From the human T2T-CHM13v2.0 reference genome, Homo sapiens: a stretch of 64,000 nucleotides of DNA. The notes below the pieces were generated by a model. That model did not search any database, was not told the DNA's origin, and saw nothing but the letters and a program-made list of their open reading frames with translations. The position numbers and the translations under genes are program-made. The DNA lies in the NCBI RefSeq assembly GCF_009914755.1, contig NC_060926.1. The stretch is one strand, 5' to 3'. This document shows positions 41,301 through 55,469 of the stretch, one piece after another (the first letter of the stretch is position 1; every line of letters begins with the position of its first letter).

Positions 41301-43745
41301 TCCACCCATGCTCCAGATGATATGGAAGGCTGCCAGCTTTGAGTACTGTTCAGAGCAGGAAAGGGCACCACAGCAGGTCCAGGCTGTGGTGCAGCACCCT
41401 GTGCTATTTGGGTCATGTAATCTGGCAGATCCTATTGTGTCAAAGGCATCAGTGGTAGAAAAGATGCAGTGTGGAGTATATGGTATGCTCCAGCAGGAGA
41501 ATCATAATGAAGACCTTTGGGATTCTGGAGTCAGGCCCTTTTCAACAGGGAATAATATGTCCTTGGAGAAAAAGCTCTTGATTTGTTACTGGACCATGAT
41601 AGAGGTAGAACCCTTGACCACAGGACTCCAAGTCACTGTGCATCTGGGACTTCTCATTATAAACTGGGTTCTATTGGCTTCACCAAGCCATAAAGTCATA
41701 TGGACCCAGAAACAGTCCATCATAAGGTGGAAATACTAAATCTGAGATGGATCCAAGAAGAATGAGAGGATATGAGCAAGCTAAACAAACAGGTGGCCCA
41801 GACTCCCACATCACCCACCACAATTGCACCAGGGCCCCTCCCTCAGCTTGCGCGTATGGCCAAATTTGGGATTATAATTGGTGTTTCAGCTGACCAACTG
41901 AAAGAGGAGGAAAAAGCCGTAGTTTTGTTTACAGGTGGCTTGGCTTGGTACTTGGGTACAAACTGAACATTGACAGTAGCTGCATTATAGCCTAATTCAG
42001 GGGCGGCCCTGAAGGCAGTCAGGTGGAAAAGTGTTCCCAATGGACATAGACATGAGCCATGTACCCGATCATCCATTTGTGTGGAAGGAGAAGTGGCCTG
42101 AAATGAGAATATAGATCCTGGAAGGTGACCAATGGCCTGGCCATCTGGTCAAGAACCTGGAAGGAAGGTTAGAGAAAAGGAGGTCTTTGGAATCTTATGG
42201 CTAGACATATGGAAGTGGGCACAAAGTGCAAAGATTTTGTATCTTACATTAATGCCCACCAGAAAGCATCCACCATGGAAAAGGCGCTGAACAACCAAAT
42301 GAACAAAGTGATTTGGTCATTTGACATTAGCCAGCCTTCATTACTGGTCACCCCAGAACTGATATGCTGGACATATGAATAGAGTAGAAGAGATGGAAAT
42401 GACATTTTGGCTCAGTAGTATGAATTTTCACTTACCAAAGTAGATTTAGTGACTTATTTTAATGAGTGTACAAATTGTTAGCAACACCAAGCTTCTCATA
42501 TGGCACAATTGGGTGACAGGTTGATTACACTGAGACCTTTCAATTTTGAAAGGGCCAGTGGTTCATCTTCACAGGGAATGATAACTATTTTGAGGGTAGA
42601 TTTGCTTTTTCTGCCTTTGGGGCATCATATCAACACTATTATCCTGGGACTTACTGAATGCCTGGTCCATGTACATAGAACTTCACTCTTAATATCATCT
42701 GACCAATGGACCCACTTTACATCAAAGGAGGTTTGAAATGGACTCATGTTCATGGGATCCACTGGTCATATCACATTGTGTACCCAATAGGCAGCTGGCA
42801 TCATAGGATTCTGCAATGGCCTTCAAAATTTGCAGCTAAAATGTTAGTATGGAGGAAACACTTAGAAAGAATGGGCTATTATCCTTAAGGATGCAATGCA
42901 TTTATTAAATCAGAGACTCCTATATAATACCATATCCTCAGTAAGAGGAGAACTTGAGTTCAGAAGTGAAGAGGTGGAAGCAGAGTGGGTCCATCTACCA
43001 TAGCTTCCAATAACCCATTTGGGGATTTTGTGCTTCCTGCCTTTGCTACTTTGGTCCCCCAAGGGTGCACATTCTTGCTAGAAGGCCCAAGTGTCCCACT
43101 GAACCACACATTACAGAGGCTGGTAGGACACTTTGGAGTCCTGTTTCCAAGGACCAACAGGCAGGAATCAGAGTCAAAATACAGGCAGGGATAATAGGTC
43201 CCAATCAAGGAGACCAAGGCTGGTTCTATACAATGGTGACAGGGAGGAATACAGGTGGAAAACAGGTGATCCACTTAGGTGTTTCCTGGTATTCTTGTCC
43301 CATTATAACTGTGAACAACCGTGTAACAACTCCAAACAGTGAAGGGTATGATTCTTAAGGGCACACACTCCTCAGGTATTAAGGCTTGGATCACATGACC
43401 AGGTAAACCACCAAGACCTGCCGAGATGATAGCTGAGAATGAGGGAAAGGCATTTAGAATGGTTTGGGGAGGAGGGAGAGAGGAGGACCAGTTGTGGCCT
43501 TGATCAGTCACAGTGATGGGAGTTGTCCATCCCATTAATCTCCCTCTTCTGAGTTTTTTTCTGAAGAAGAAAGGCTCACAGGAATCACTAAAGAAGAGCT
43601 GCCTGAACTTTTGTGGACAAGCGGATCAGCATGGCATAAGGGACGGACTATGGCATCCATGAGGATAAGCCTTACAGACCCTCTCCTATAAGTAGTGTAA
43701 TGGACCAAAGGCCCAAGCCGCTTCACTCTGGCATCCATTGCCCTG

Positions 43746-44108
43746 TGTCTTAGTCCATTCAGGCTGCTATAACAATACCATAAACGGAGTGGTTTATAAA
43801 CTACAATTCATTTCTTGTTTTTCTAGAGCCTGGGAAGTTCAAGAGCAAGGCAATGGTCATTTTGGTGTCTGGTGAGAGAAGATAACTTCCTGGTTCATAA
43901 CAGCTATCTTCTCTCTTTGTGTTCACATGGTGGGAGAAAGAGAGAGGGAACTCTCTGGGGTCTCTGTTATGAAGGCACTAATTCCATTCATGAGAGTTTT
44001 GCTCTCATGATCTAGTCACCACCCAAAGATTCCACCTCCAAATACTATCCAATTGATTAGGATTTAAAGTCTGAAATTTGGTGGGACAGAAACATTCAGT
44101 CTATGGTG
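43746..44108 (-). mobile_element. MLT1A-like LTR inserted in the ERVL 3' LTR
   Basis: TGTCTTAGTCCATTCAGGCTGCTATAAC ... AACATTCAGTCTATGGTG, with TSD CCCTG/CTCTG. Confidence 0.85.
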
Positions 44109-44657
44109 CTCTGTTTATGCTGAGGTCTTGCTTCCTATAAGCTGCTTCCAGCCAGTGACTGAGCAGGGCGGGAATGCTAAAGCAAGCCTGTTCCAGGTGC
44201 TCACCTCAGATCAAGATGCCCTGACAGTCTTGTCAGGAACCTTTTAGATTTCACTAGGTTCTAGACCCCTTCCACCCAACTTCTCTTCCTTCTATCCTTC
44301 ACTTAGGGGTCAAATTTTCATCATGATCTGATGGTTCTTCCAGATTTTCTCATCTCCCTCCCCATATTTTTTTAGAGACATTCCTCTAACAAAATTCGTG
44401 CTTGTTTAATCCAATTTTGGTCCAAAATATCAACAGTTCTGAGGTTAGGGAATCTTGGCTTAGAGAAATGATGACAGTGGACATTGGATATCAATATCGA
44501 TCCCATTATTTTGTGACAGAGCTCTCTGGGATTGATCCAAATGTCAGATGTCACACCAAGAAAAATGATGTTTCTGAGAAGCATTCAGAATAAGACTAAT
44601 AGTGTCTTATTTCCAAGGGTCAAAGTAACTTGCTCTGAGAATGCATGAACTTAATTC

Positions 44658-44851
44658 TTGCCTTTCCTTCTTTCCTTCTTTTCCTTCCCTCCTTCCTTCC
44701 TTCCTTCTTTCCTTCCTTCCTTCCTTCCTCCCCCTCCCTCCCTTCCTCCCTCTTCCCTCCTCTCTCTCTTTCTCGCCCTTTCTCTCTCTCTCCCCCTTTC
44801 TCTCTCTCTCCCCCTTTCTCTCTCTCTCTCCTCTCCCTTTCTTTCTTTTTT
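44658..44851. repeat. Polypyrimidine/polypurine low-complexity tract, (CTTC)n/(CT)n
   Basis: About 190 bp that is almost purely C/T on the + strand. Confidence 0.95.
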
Positions 44852-45083
44852 GGCCCCACTGACTCTGTCTCAAGATGGTAATTAGTAACTGACAATGATT
44901 ACGCTATAGTTCCATCATGAAAACATAATTCTCATGCCAGGAGTTTATGATGACTTTTAGTTTGAAATTTCTCAAGGTTCAGTTTCAGATCAAGGGTGAA
45001 TGTTCTTGGAAAGTTTGAACTTAATCAGAAACATTATTTTAGAATTATGATCTTAGAGTAATTTCTGGGTTTTTAGATTTGGA

Positions 45084-45084
45084 A

Positions 45085-45115
<31 letters not shown>
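45084..45115. repeat. (AT)n microsatellite plus poly-T
   Basis: ATATAT...ATATTTTTTTTT. Confidence 0.95.
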
Positions 45116-45117
<2 letters not shown>

Positions 45118-48100
45118 CAGTTGTCCACTCACTGCTCAGAGATCTGGGTTAATATATTTATCATTTAATAATAATTTTTTCCTCCTCTTCAGTTCTTACA
45201 CATTTGCACAAATTTAGTTTCACTTCTACTGTCAGCACTGCACCCCAAATTAAAACTGAATTCACTCCAGCTTCAAGTTCTAACTGGGTCAGGTTTGCTA
45301 AGAATTAAGACCAGTTTTATCAACTCTTTTTATAAAATTGACTTGGGTTTCAAGAGCGTAATGAAACCAGAAGGTGGGGGAGTTTAGAATGTAGTCTGGT
45401 CTCAATTCGTCTGCTGTTTGAAAACCACGGTCTAGTTTCAACCCTACTAACCTTGGATAGTTGAATTAAAAAAAGAAAAAAAGTAACTGGCAAATCCCAG
45501 CAATCCATGGAATACAATAGCATCTTTTGAAGGACAATAAACTCAGAAAGGAAAGGAAACATGGAATTTTTCATGTGAGGTTTGCCAATAGAGTAAAATA
45601 ATCGTATCAGAATTTAAATTAGTTTTTGTCTCTTCGGAGAGAGACCTTGAGCCTCCCTCTGATGCTCCTTAGATGCTTGGGCATCTAAGCAGACTTTATT
45701 TATGTCTTTTATCTCTATCTTGATCAATTTCTTTCATCTGTGTTCCTAATATCTCAGCTCCCCCATCTGTCTCACCTCACTCTGGGCTCTGTTTCACCTC
45801 AGTCCTAATTGAAGTTATAAAGGTTTTACGTCTCAGTACTTCGTTGAAAGAGCCTTAGCCCTAGTCATTATCTAAGACTTGGATTCAGTGAATTTCACAT
45901 CGCTGAGCTCTCACATGGCTCCTGGTCTTGGAAATGGCCACTGGACTGCCTCCATAGTCAGGTAAGGCCCAGCTTTTCCACGGTCCCTTTTGCTTGGATC
46001 TGAGAGGACTGAGTTTCTGCTTTGGCTCTCTTGGCTGCCTTGCTCTGACCAGTTCTTTTCGCTGAGGCCAGAAGCCCTGACCCAAACTCTTATCTTTCTA
46101 TCCTGGGAGCTGGGGCTCACCCATCTGTGGGCCCACCTTCCCAATGAAGACGTATCCAGCTGCCTGCCTGGTTTCCTTCTTGTGCTCTATATGCCTGCCT
46201 GTATGCGTTATCTTTTCTTTAGGTTCTAGTGCGGTTATTCGAATTATGCCTGGTAAAAGTTTGTCATCACACCTGCTCTGATCCCCCAGGGGGGCCTGAT
46301 ACTCGGCTGCAGTCCTGCACAAGTGGTAGGTAAGGAGGAAATCTCCTTCCTCTCCATCTCTACTTGCCTTGTACGGTTGTAAGGCAGGAACATGCCTTCT
46401 CCTCAATTCTCAAAATGTAATAGCTCATTTCTTTTTCTAGTGGTACACTGCCATAACTGAAAATGTTTCTGGTATTCAAAGACCTGTAGCACAATCTTTG
46501 CAATATCTTGAAAGGCAGCGCTTATTTATTGTTTGAATGTGAATTTGATTTTTCCCCCAACAATTCTCTCATTAACTAAGGACAGTTGGTGACCAAACCA
46601 GGTGTTTTCCACTTTGTAGCAAAACGAAGACACGATCACAAAGTAATAACACACTGCATTTTTTCTCCCCTATAAAAGTGAGAATAATTCCAAGAGGTAT
46701 CCCAGAGATGTTCTGAACAAGGACAGCATCACTGGAAAATTATAGCCTTCTAAACTGACATATTTGAAGGGTTACAGTCACTTGGACTGGCAGTTTTATA
46801 TTCACCTTCCTGTAAAGATGAAACAATTGACCTTTCATTACTGAGAGTTTCTTGAAGCTATGATGAGCTGTGGGGAGCCAGCCATGCTTACATTTCCCTG
46901 GGATTCTCCTTGTTACTGGTGGAGATGTCTCCTTAAATATTATACTATTGTATTAAACTTAGGTAAATAAAAGGGCTCCACGTGCTAAAGAAAGATGAGC
47001 CTCTTTTCCTTCTTTTGCCTCCTTCTGCCAGAGAAGAGGCTGGCATGGTCGGGAGCCTTGGACTATACGTATCTTTAAGTAGGAATATTATTCTGACAGA
47101 GAGGAATCAGCCAGAGAATTATTCTAAAATTGCATAAGATTGGTCCCTTAATTTTCTGTCCATGGTATGCTCAAGGTCATGTCTAATTTATTATACTGAA
47201 TGTGGAATTTCTGGGAATTATCTGATACCTGATTCTGACAGTTTTAACCCTTGACATCTGAAGTCCACTGTAAACTGAAGGTAGTCTGCCTGACATGCTT
47301 AGTGTATCTTGTATGATTTCTGTAAAGTTAGAAACTGAGGACATGCACTCAGAAAATGCAAAGTCAGCAGTTGATGTGGAGCCAGGCTTAGCTCTCTGCC
47401 TTTGAGGGTCACAACCAGTAAGAGATGAACCTTAAAGTTCTGATTCCCATATTCAAGGTCTCAATGAGTTTGGGCCCAGATAGCTCAGGTAAATATTAAA
47501 CAAATTTACCTCTTTCTAAAATTTACCTATGATGGATGTCTTTAATACCTTGGTTGTGGTTTCAAAAGCTTAAAAAAATTTTGCTCCACTAAAGTGTCAC
47601 TCTTATATAGGTCACATAATCCACTTATTTGCATGTCGGATGGACCATATCCAATAATGTAATTTATCTTTGGGGAAAAGAATGTGTTTCTTAATGTGTA
47701 CAGTATCTTTTATAGCATTTCAGGAAAGTTAACACAAGAAGTGCTTTACGGTTATTGTGATGATGATGGAGTAAAAAAAGTGGAGAAGCCGATGGTATAA
47801 TACATTGTGCTAGAGAAATTGCTTCTTTGATGTATATTCTAGAAACTAGAGTTCTCATATAGACTAATCTTGGATTTCAAATCTCTGCATGAAAGAGAAG
47901 AAGCTAAATCCATCTCTTATCTCCTTTCAACTTCTCCAAAAACCGGAATGCCAAAGTTCTGATGACCTGACATATACTTAGTGTTATGTAAACATTAAAA
48001 GGACTTAATTTTTGTTGTTTGTAATATCTTTTTTTCTAACCACAAAGTAACACATAGACATTCATAAAAATGGAAAATACAGATAGGTAAAATAAGAAAA

Positions 48101-50549
48101 TAAAAATTTTATGTAAAAATTATGTAAGCATCACTAAGATGTTACTATATATAATTCTACGTATATTTTTGGTTTAATTTTACAAAGCAGATCATACTCT
48201 AAATATGATTTTCTAATCTGATTTTAAAATTTATATATCATGAAGGGAAAATACACTTTTAATTAAAAATTGTTGAGAGTTGAAAGTAAGAGATCCTTCC
48301 TAATAGTGCCTTCTTATCTCTCAGGTGAGAAAAACTCTGATGCAATTATATAACTGAAATAATTCACATTTAGGCAGCATCAGAGCCAGGCCTATAACTA
48401 AAACCTCCTAAATCTTGGGTAACTACTTTATGCATTTTACAGGTGTCCTTTCTTACTTTTCATATGCTATGACTAAATCCAGTGTGATTAATTGGAATTA
48501 GAGAGCATGAGAAATTCTTATCTTCCTCTTATGTCCTTTAGCTTGGCTAAATGTTTGCTGGAAAACAGTGGGTAGGATCGATTAACACAGAATTTATTGA
48601 AAATATTTTAAAGAAATAATTTGTACATTTTGTGATGAGTTTTCAAACTTTAAAGCTTCAAATTGAGGTCTCTCTGCAGGAACGACACGATTTGAGGCAT
48701 TGAATCTTGGTAACATCTCAAACTGCTATAAATTTCTAAAAAGTTGTTATCTGACTCAGTGTCAACAGAAACATGATTAAATCTAAGTAAGAATTTCCTT
48801 TTAGGTTTGCGACTTCAAAAAACCATTTATGCTGAAGAAATTTGAGTTAAAGGCTCTAAAATAGATTCAATGAATCTTATCAATCAATCAATTTTATTTG
48901 CTAAATTTAGTACTAGAGTGACATTATCTGTACATTCTTTGTATAAAAACATCTAGCAGAGCACTTTTTTGGGGTTTTGTGATATCAAGAGGTTTTGGGA
49001 ATTTTAGGAAAGTTCCACCCACAATAAAAACCAATGTTCTCTTATTGCTGATTAATTCTGTCAGATGGGTCAGAATCGATGCTTCTTTGAATACATGCAA
49101 ATTATCCTTCATTTAAAGTTTCTGTTTTGTCTTTCTTCCTTTGTTTCATTTGTTTGTCATTTCTCTTATTCTTCTCATTTTCTTCTTTACTCTCATTCTC
49201 TTAAAATAAAAATCTTAAGGATTTCACTTATTTTTTTCAGTTTTTCTTTGCTACAGGAGATAGTGAAATCAGTGAGTAAAATCAGGTTATACAAATGGCA
49301 TTCACTTACATAGACATTTTATGATGTTAAACTAAAAAAAAAAGCCTGGTTATTTGGAGGGAGATTCAGATAATTTGGAAGTGATTTATTTTCTCAAACG
49401 GAAATAGTGATTACAAATGATGAGAAAAAGAATTGCATTTATTTGGCAACATGATCATAAACTTGCTTACTGAATTTATCCTATAAATCAGGATAATAAA
49501 TTCCAGTGGCAAACATTTAATTTTTAAACATCATAACTTCCTTTAGCTTTTTTTTGTGAGCTTAAAATTCCAAATAAACTTACTTGTTCTCATGCTCACA
49601 ATTGTCTATTTTATCCAAAGGATGAAATGCAGGAGATGCATTTGATGGAAGCTTCTTGACCTGCTTATATTTTAAGAGCACAGGAAACACATGTTTCTGG
49701 TGTTTTCTACTTGTCAGCATTTCTTAACCGATGGAACAGAAATGTCCAGAACTACAAAGTTCAAACTTTGCATGTGGCAAGAACTTTATGTGATCAGACT
49801 GAATCTAAATAATGTTGAGAAATAACAAAAATATAAGCAATGGATTTCTAAGCAGACAATGTCATTGCCATGACATGGTCCTATTAGGTGCATACAGAAA
49901 CTGAGCTCTATGCTTGTGCCAGACAAAAACCAAAGAGCTTCGGTTTTAATTACAGTGCATTACTCTTATTACCCTCAACAGGTTCTGACGTGACCATGTA
50001 AATACAATTATTTAGTTTCTTCCTTATGGCTGAAGTGTTGGGCCAGAGATTTTCCTCTTAGAACATAATCTGTGAAATGGGTCTACTAAGGAAAGCTACT
50101 TAATGTAACCAGCTCCTTCTAAATCATATTCTCCTAAAGCACACCGGAATAATACAGTTCATTGGGCCAAAGTTTTCTAACATGGCTTCCCTCCATCTCA
50201 TTTAGTTAGTCCACAGCTGAGTAACCTGTTAGAAAATTGTGCCCAGCAGAGGGCAGAGCCAGTGATCCATATCTCAGATTCTGGCTGGTGATGGTTCAGT
50301 GTGATGTGGGATCAGAATTGCAGATTATGAGAAATAACCAGAATCTTTCTTCCTTGCCTCAGCCCATGGAGGATGTGTCCACCAGTTCATTCTTTTGACA
50401 CTTGGAAAGAAGTGGAACGTGGATTCAGATTTGGCCAGATTACATTCAGAGGAGAGTAAAACATGGCCAATAATACTGTAAGACCAATGGTGTGCTTTCT
50501 GAGACGGTGAATGCCTATAGAATCTGTCAATATGACCGTATTTTTGCGT

Positions 50550-51020
50550 GTGTGTTGTAAAGTGCATATAACATAAAATCGACGATTTTAACCGTTTCAA
50601 AGTGTACAATTCAGTGGCATTTCGTATATTCACAGCATCATGTGACAGTTACCACTATGCTGCTCCAGAGCGTTTTCATTACCCGAAAAGGAAATCTCAT
50701 ACTGCCAAGCAGTCATTCCCCATTTTCCCCTCTCACATTCCCTAGCAATCAATAATCTGCTTTCTGGCTCTACAGACTTGCTTATTCTAGATATTTCATA
50801 TAAGTGGAATCGTACAATACGTGTCCTTTTGTGTCTGGCTTATTTCACTCAGCATAATGTTTTCAAAGTTTACCCATGTTGTAGCATGCACCTTCATTCC
50901 TTTTTATGGCTGAATAATATTCCGTGGTGTAGATAGAGTACATTTTGCTTATCCATTCATCAGTTGATGGACACTTGGGATGTTTCCACTTTGGCTGTTG
51001 TGATTAATGCTGCTATGAGA
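50550..51020 (-). mobile_element. L1MB-like 3' region
   Basis: AAGTGTACAATTCAGTGGCATTT, CTGGCTTATTTCACTCAGCATAATG and CATCAGTTGATGGACAC. Confidence 0.88.
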
Positions 51021-52378
51021 CCATATGTATATGTTTTTTTACTTAAATGATTTGCTGATTTGTGTTTGTGGGTACCCAAGACCTAGCAGGAAGTTTGGTG
51101 GGGCTGGGTTTGAAGTTGCAAACTGGGCAGAAAACTAGAGCCAGAAGCCATGCCAGTTCAAGAGGTTCTGGGGAAGATGGTGAATGATGGTAAAGGCAGT
51201 GAGAAGAAAATCACATTAGAGTCAAGGGCCCTTGGACTCTCATCTTGGTTCTGCCACCAGCAGGCTGTGTGGGTGATTTGGGTAAATCATTTCACCTTCC
51301 TGGGCCTTCATATTCTCTCTTTAAAATGAGACAGCAGAACTCACTAACATTTCTTCTAGCTCTAGGAGTCAGTGCCTGCCACAGACTGTGCAAACACCCT
51401 GTATTTCTTGTCACCTAACACACCCTTTTCCAGCATCACAGCTGCTATCACTCACACTGTAAACAGTATAGGTACTCTTTTTCTATATTTTCTGTGCTCA
51501 AGGTTTGGGCTTAACCATTTCCTCTGAACTGGAAGTATGAAGAGGGTCAGGGCCTGGCATCATTGAAATGTGGCAGTCGCAGCAGGGCCCAAAATAACAC
51601 AGCTCAAAATATGAAAGCAATGTCTCTGTAACCAAGAAACTGAAATAAATGCTCGAGGCTGAGATTATATCAGCCACAAATATCATGGAAGAAATGGGTT
51701 CCATCAAATGTTTGGCACTTCCAATGTTACTCTTTATAGATAGCTAGCAAGTTTTGGGGTGTAGGTGGGTGGTTCATTCAGCATTAAAGATGATTTGTAG
51801 TCCATGTCCAAGATTTCCTTCTCCTTGCACTAAGACAAGAAAATATTAGTGATTTGTGAAGTTTCTTCTTTTGTAAAATGGAAATGGTACTGGGTAATCT
51901 CAGCTCGTTCTAAATAGAAATCAGGTACACTCCTGAATGTACCATTCAGGTGGGGTACATTGTGGGGAGGGTGTCGTGGGTCAAATATGGGACTATTTAC
52001 CCTTCCCTTTCTGTTTATTTCTCCTTGACAATGAAAGAATAAGATCTGAATATGAGACCCTGGGCAAGTCAATTACCTTCTCAATATCAGTTTCCTGATC
52101 TGTAAAATAAGAAGCTTACCTATTTTGAAAGCATCTATTTTTGGCTTTTGATAAAGCCACTTACTTAAATTTATTTGTGGCTGGCTGTGTTACAACAGGG
52201 CTGAGGGATTAAGAAAAAAGACAAAATCCAACTTTAATTTTACTTTTAGGAGTGAGAAGCTAAGGACATTGACAGACAATCAGAGATGATAATGTCTAAA
52301 ATTCAAAATATAATAACAGAACATTATCCATAAGTGGAGATAAGATATTCAAAAGATGTAATCATATAAAGAGCTTAG

Positions 52379-52786
<408 letters not shown>

Positions 52787-55469
52787 TAAATCTGTGACAG
52801 GCAAAGATTACCCTTCAACTGAAGCAGGCTCTGCATTTCATTGTCATCCAAATCAGCAAATACAACTTTGCTTCCCTGACAACCCTGTTCACAATGTAAA
52901 CTGAAAAGCCAGGAGGAACCTACTCTGTTTCCCCACTAAAGGACTGACAAAGTCCACAGCTCAGAAGCATCCATTTTTTACCTGATTTTATGATTGGCTT
53001 ATAGTTTCCTAGGGACTGAAAATTAATCTACCACATTTATTTAACTGGGTTCTTGCCCAGCCCATATTTTCACCCTTTAATGGTAATGAAGCTAAAATTT
53101 CTTTCCAGTCACTTTGCATATCATTTCCTTTCTCTTTAATTCTCTTTCGAAGTGAGATGATTGATAGATTCTTCTTCAGCAGTCACTTACTTTGGTAGAT
53201 GATTTTCTTTTTCCTTTGAAGTCGATTTTGAAAGGAGCTCTGTGTGATGAGCTAATTAGCACAAACACACAGAGTATATAACCTTAATTAGGCATGATTA
53301 TAGGCTCAACGTAATGGGATGTCCTGAAACTGCACACTATGCAAATATTAGACTTTTCATTCTTCCCATTACATCGGAAACCATCAAGCAAAGGATGTTT
53401 TGCAGTAGGTACCACAGTCAATGCCAGGTGCAACTCTTTCAATAAAAGGTTGATTTTTTTAAAATTGTTTTGGTATACTAGTTGGGTAAAGGATAATTGG
53501 AGGAGGTTTAGGGAAAAAGTTCAAAAATCTGAAAAGCTGAATTAAGTTCAGAATGAGCTATATAAGCTGAGGAATTTTACAATTAAGTAAACAACCCAGT
53601 TACTCTTTAAACTCTACCTCTTTTGGAATTCTGAAGATACTTCACCATAGGCACCACTATGAATTATGCAAATCTTGAGAGATCTTTCAAACCCAGTAAC
53701 CACTAAGAGTACTACAAAACCAATCTGGGGTTTACTCAAGCTATTAGGATATAAGAAGATAGTGAGTATAAATGAAATCACAGTGAATCCCCAAGTCCTA
53801 ATTTTAGCCGATTATTTTCATTTCCTTTACCACCAACCCCCCACCTTTTTTTCTTTTATAATTGGAGTGGTAAAAATAATTAGCAAATTGACTTTCCCCT
53901 TCCTAACCTGAAATGAAAATATCCAAGGATGTGGTACCCTTAGACATTTGAATATTCAGCCACTGAATAATTGAGAGCTTATAATACATAATTCTTAGAT
54001 TATGTGTAGAGTTGTGAGTTTTTAGACTCAATCAGGTAAAAAATAATAAGCCGTTTGGTTCCAGACACTCATGGAAATACTGACAGGGCAGAAATTCAAT
54101 ATGTGAGTATTAGAATAATTAGTATCTGATTTTAATCTAAAATACCATCTATTCAGTAGAAATGATAATGAAAGAGGGTTTATATAACAGCTGAAATTTA
54201 AAATCCATAGCGTTCTCTGTGTTTAATATGTAAACTAATTTTTCCTGAGAACATAGTATATGATAGGCACAGTGTTCAATAACTTATTGGTATAGGCTCA
54301 TTGAATCATCGCAATAATGATACAAGATAATTCCTGTAAATTACCCATATTTTACAGATGAGGAAGCTGAGGATCAGAGAAGTTAAAAAATGTCATCCAA
54401 GATCACATATCCAGAAGCTGCAGAGCCAGGACTTGAACTCATGTCTGTCTGACTCCAGCCATGCTTTTAATCACTCTGCTGGGCTCATTAGTACCTATCA
54501 GGCCTATGATTGTGTCCTTAGTGATTAGCACTTTCCCCAGAGCTGGAAATGAGATGCGAGAGAAATAAAAATGCTTGAGATCTAAACTGAAATGCAGAAA
54601 TTCTCTATTATCTACTAGGTACAAAGGAGGCCTTGACTAGGTGCTTTGTGTGTGTTGAGGTTGTAAGTGCTGTGGAAATAGAATTTGGAGGAAGACAGAC
54701 AGAATTACACATGATTGACTATAATAAATACAAACCTATATGATACAACATGTTATTGCTGTACATAAGATAACGGGAAAAATAAGTACTGAATGAGAAT
54801 GAGAAGACGAAGATTTCAATCTAGTTTTTGCCACATACCAAATGTAGCACTAGATCAATGAGGGTCTCAACAGGCAACAGGGGGTTCAAATAAAAGATTC
54901 AATGAAAGAACTACTTTGAGAAATATTAAGAAGGGTTAGGGGTGGAGGTTCGTAATGCACCCAGACACTAGCAACAGTGGAAGCTGATAGCACCCCTAGG
55001 ATGGAAAGATTCTTACTCTTTTTTTAAGATTCTTTAAGATTCTTTAAGAATCTAGGGTAAGATTCTTACTCTTACCCTAGGGGAGGTAAGAGTAAGAATG
55101 GGCATCATAGAACAAGGGCCACCAAACAAGAGCTGTACTTGTGGAGAGGTACTGTTACTACCAGACACATGGCCCTGAACCTGGGAGAGGGCAGGGAAGA
55201 AAGACCTGGACTTCCACCTTGTGCTTTCTGATGTGCTGGGAACTTCCAATGCTAAGCCCTCAGAAGCCACCCTGACAGGGAACTAATGAGACATTTTCTA
55301 CAGGGGTCTGTCCCAGGTGGAGCTTGGATCTGAGGAAAGGGGATGGAGAATCACCTTCGGCAAGTCACTTTTCCTCTCTAAATTTCAGTTTGCTCATCCC
55401 TCGTTTATTGCCTACCATATTATCAATAATATAAATAGTTGGCCTTATAATTTTTACTTCGAATTTTTT

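Noticed and set aside
39006-43358. ERV-derived ORFs of up to 147 aa as a domesticated retroviral gene
   Set aside because: They are fragmented by stops and frameshifts, and catalytic residues are lost (YIDN in RT, FTGG in RNase H).
44607-44895. Charged or Ser/Leu/Pro/Phe-rich ORFs
   Set aside because: Artefacts of the CT-rich low-complexity tract.
53339-53673. Two octamer ATGCAAAT motifs
   Set aside because: The motif occurs several times across this AT-rich window, consistent with chance.
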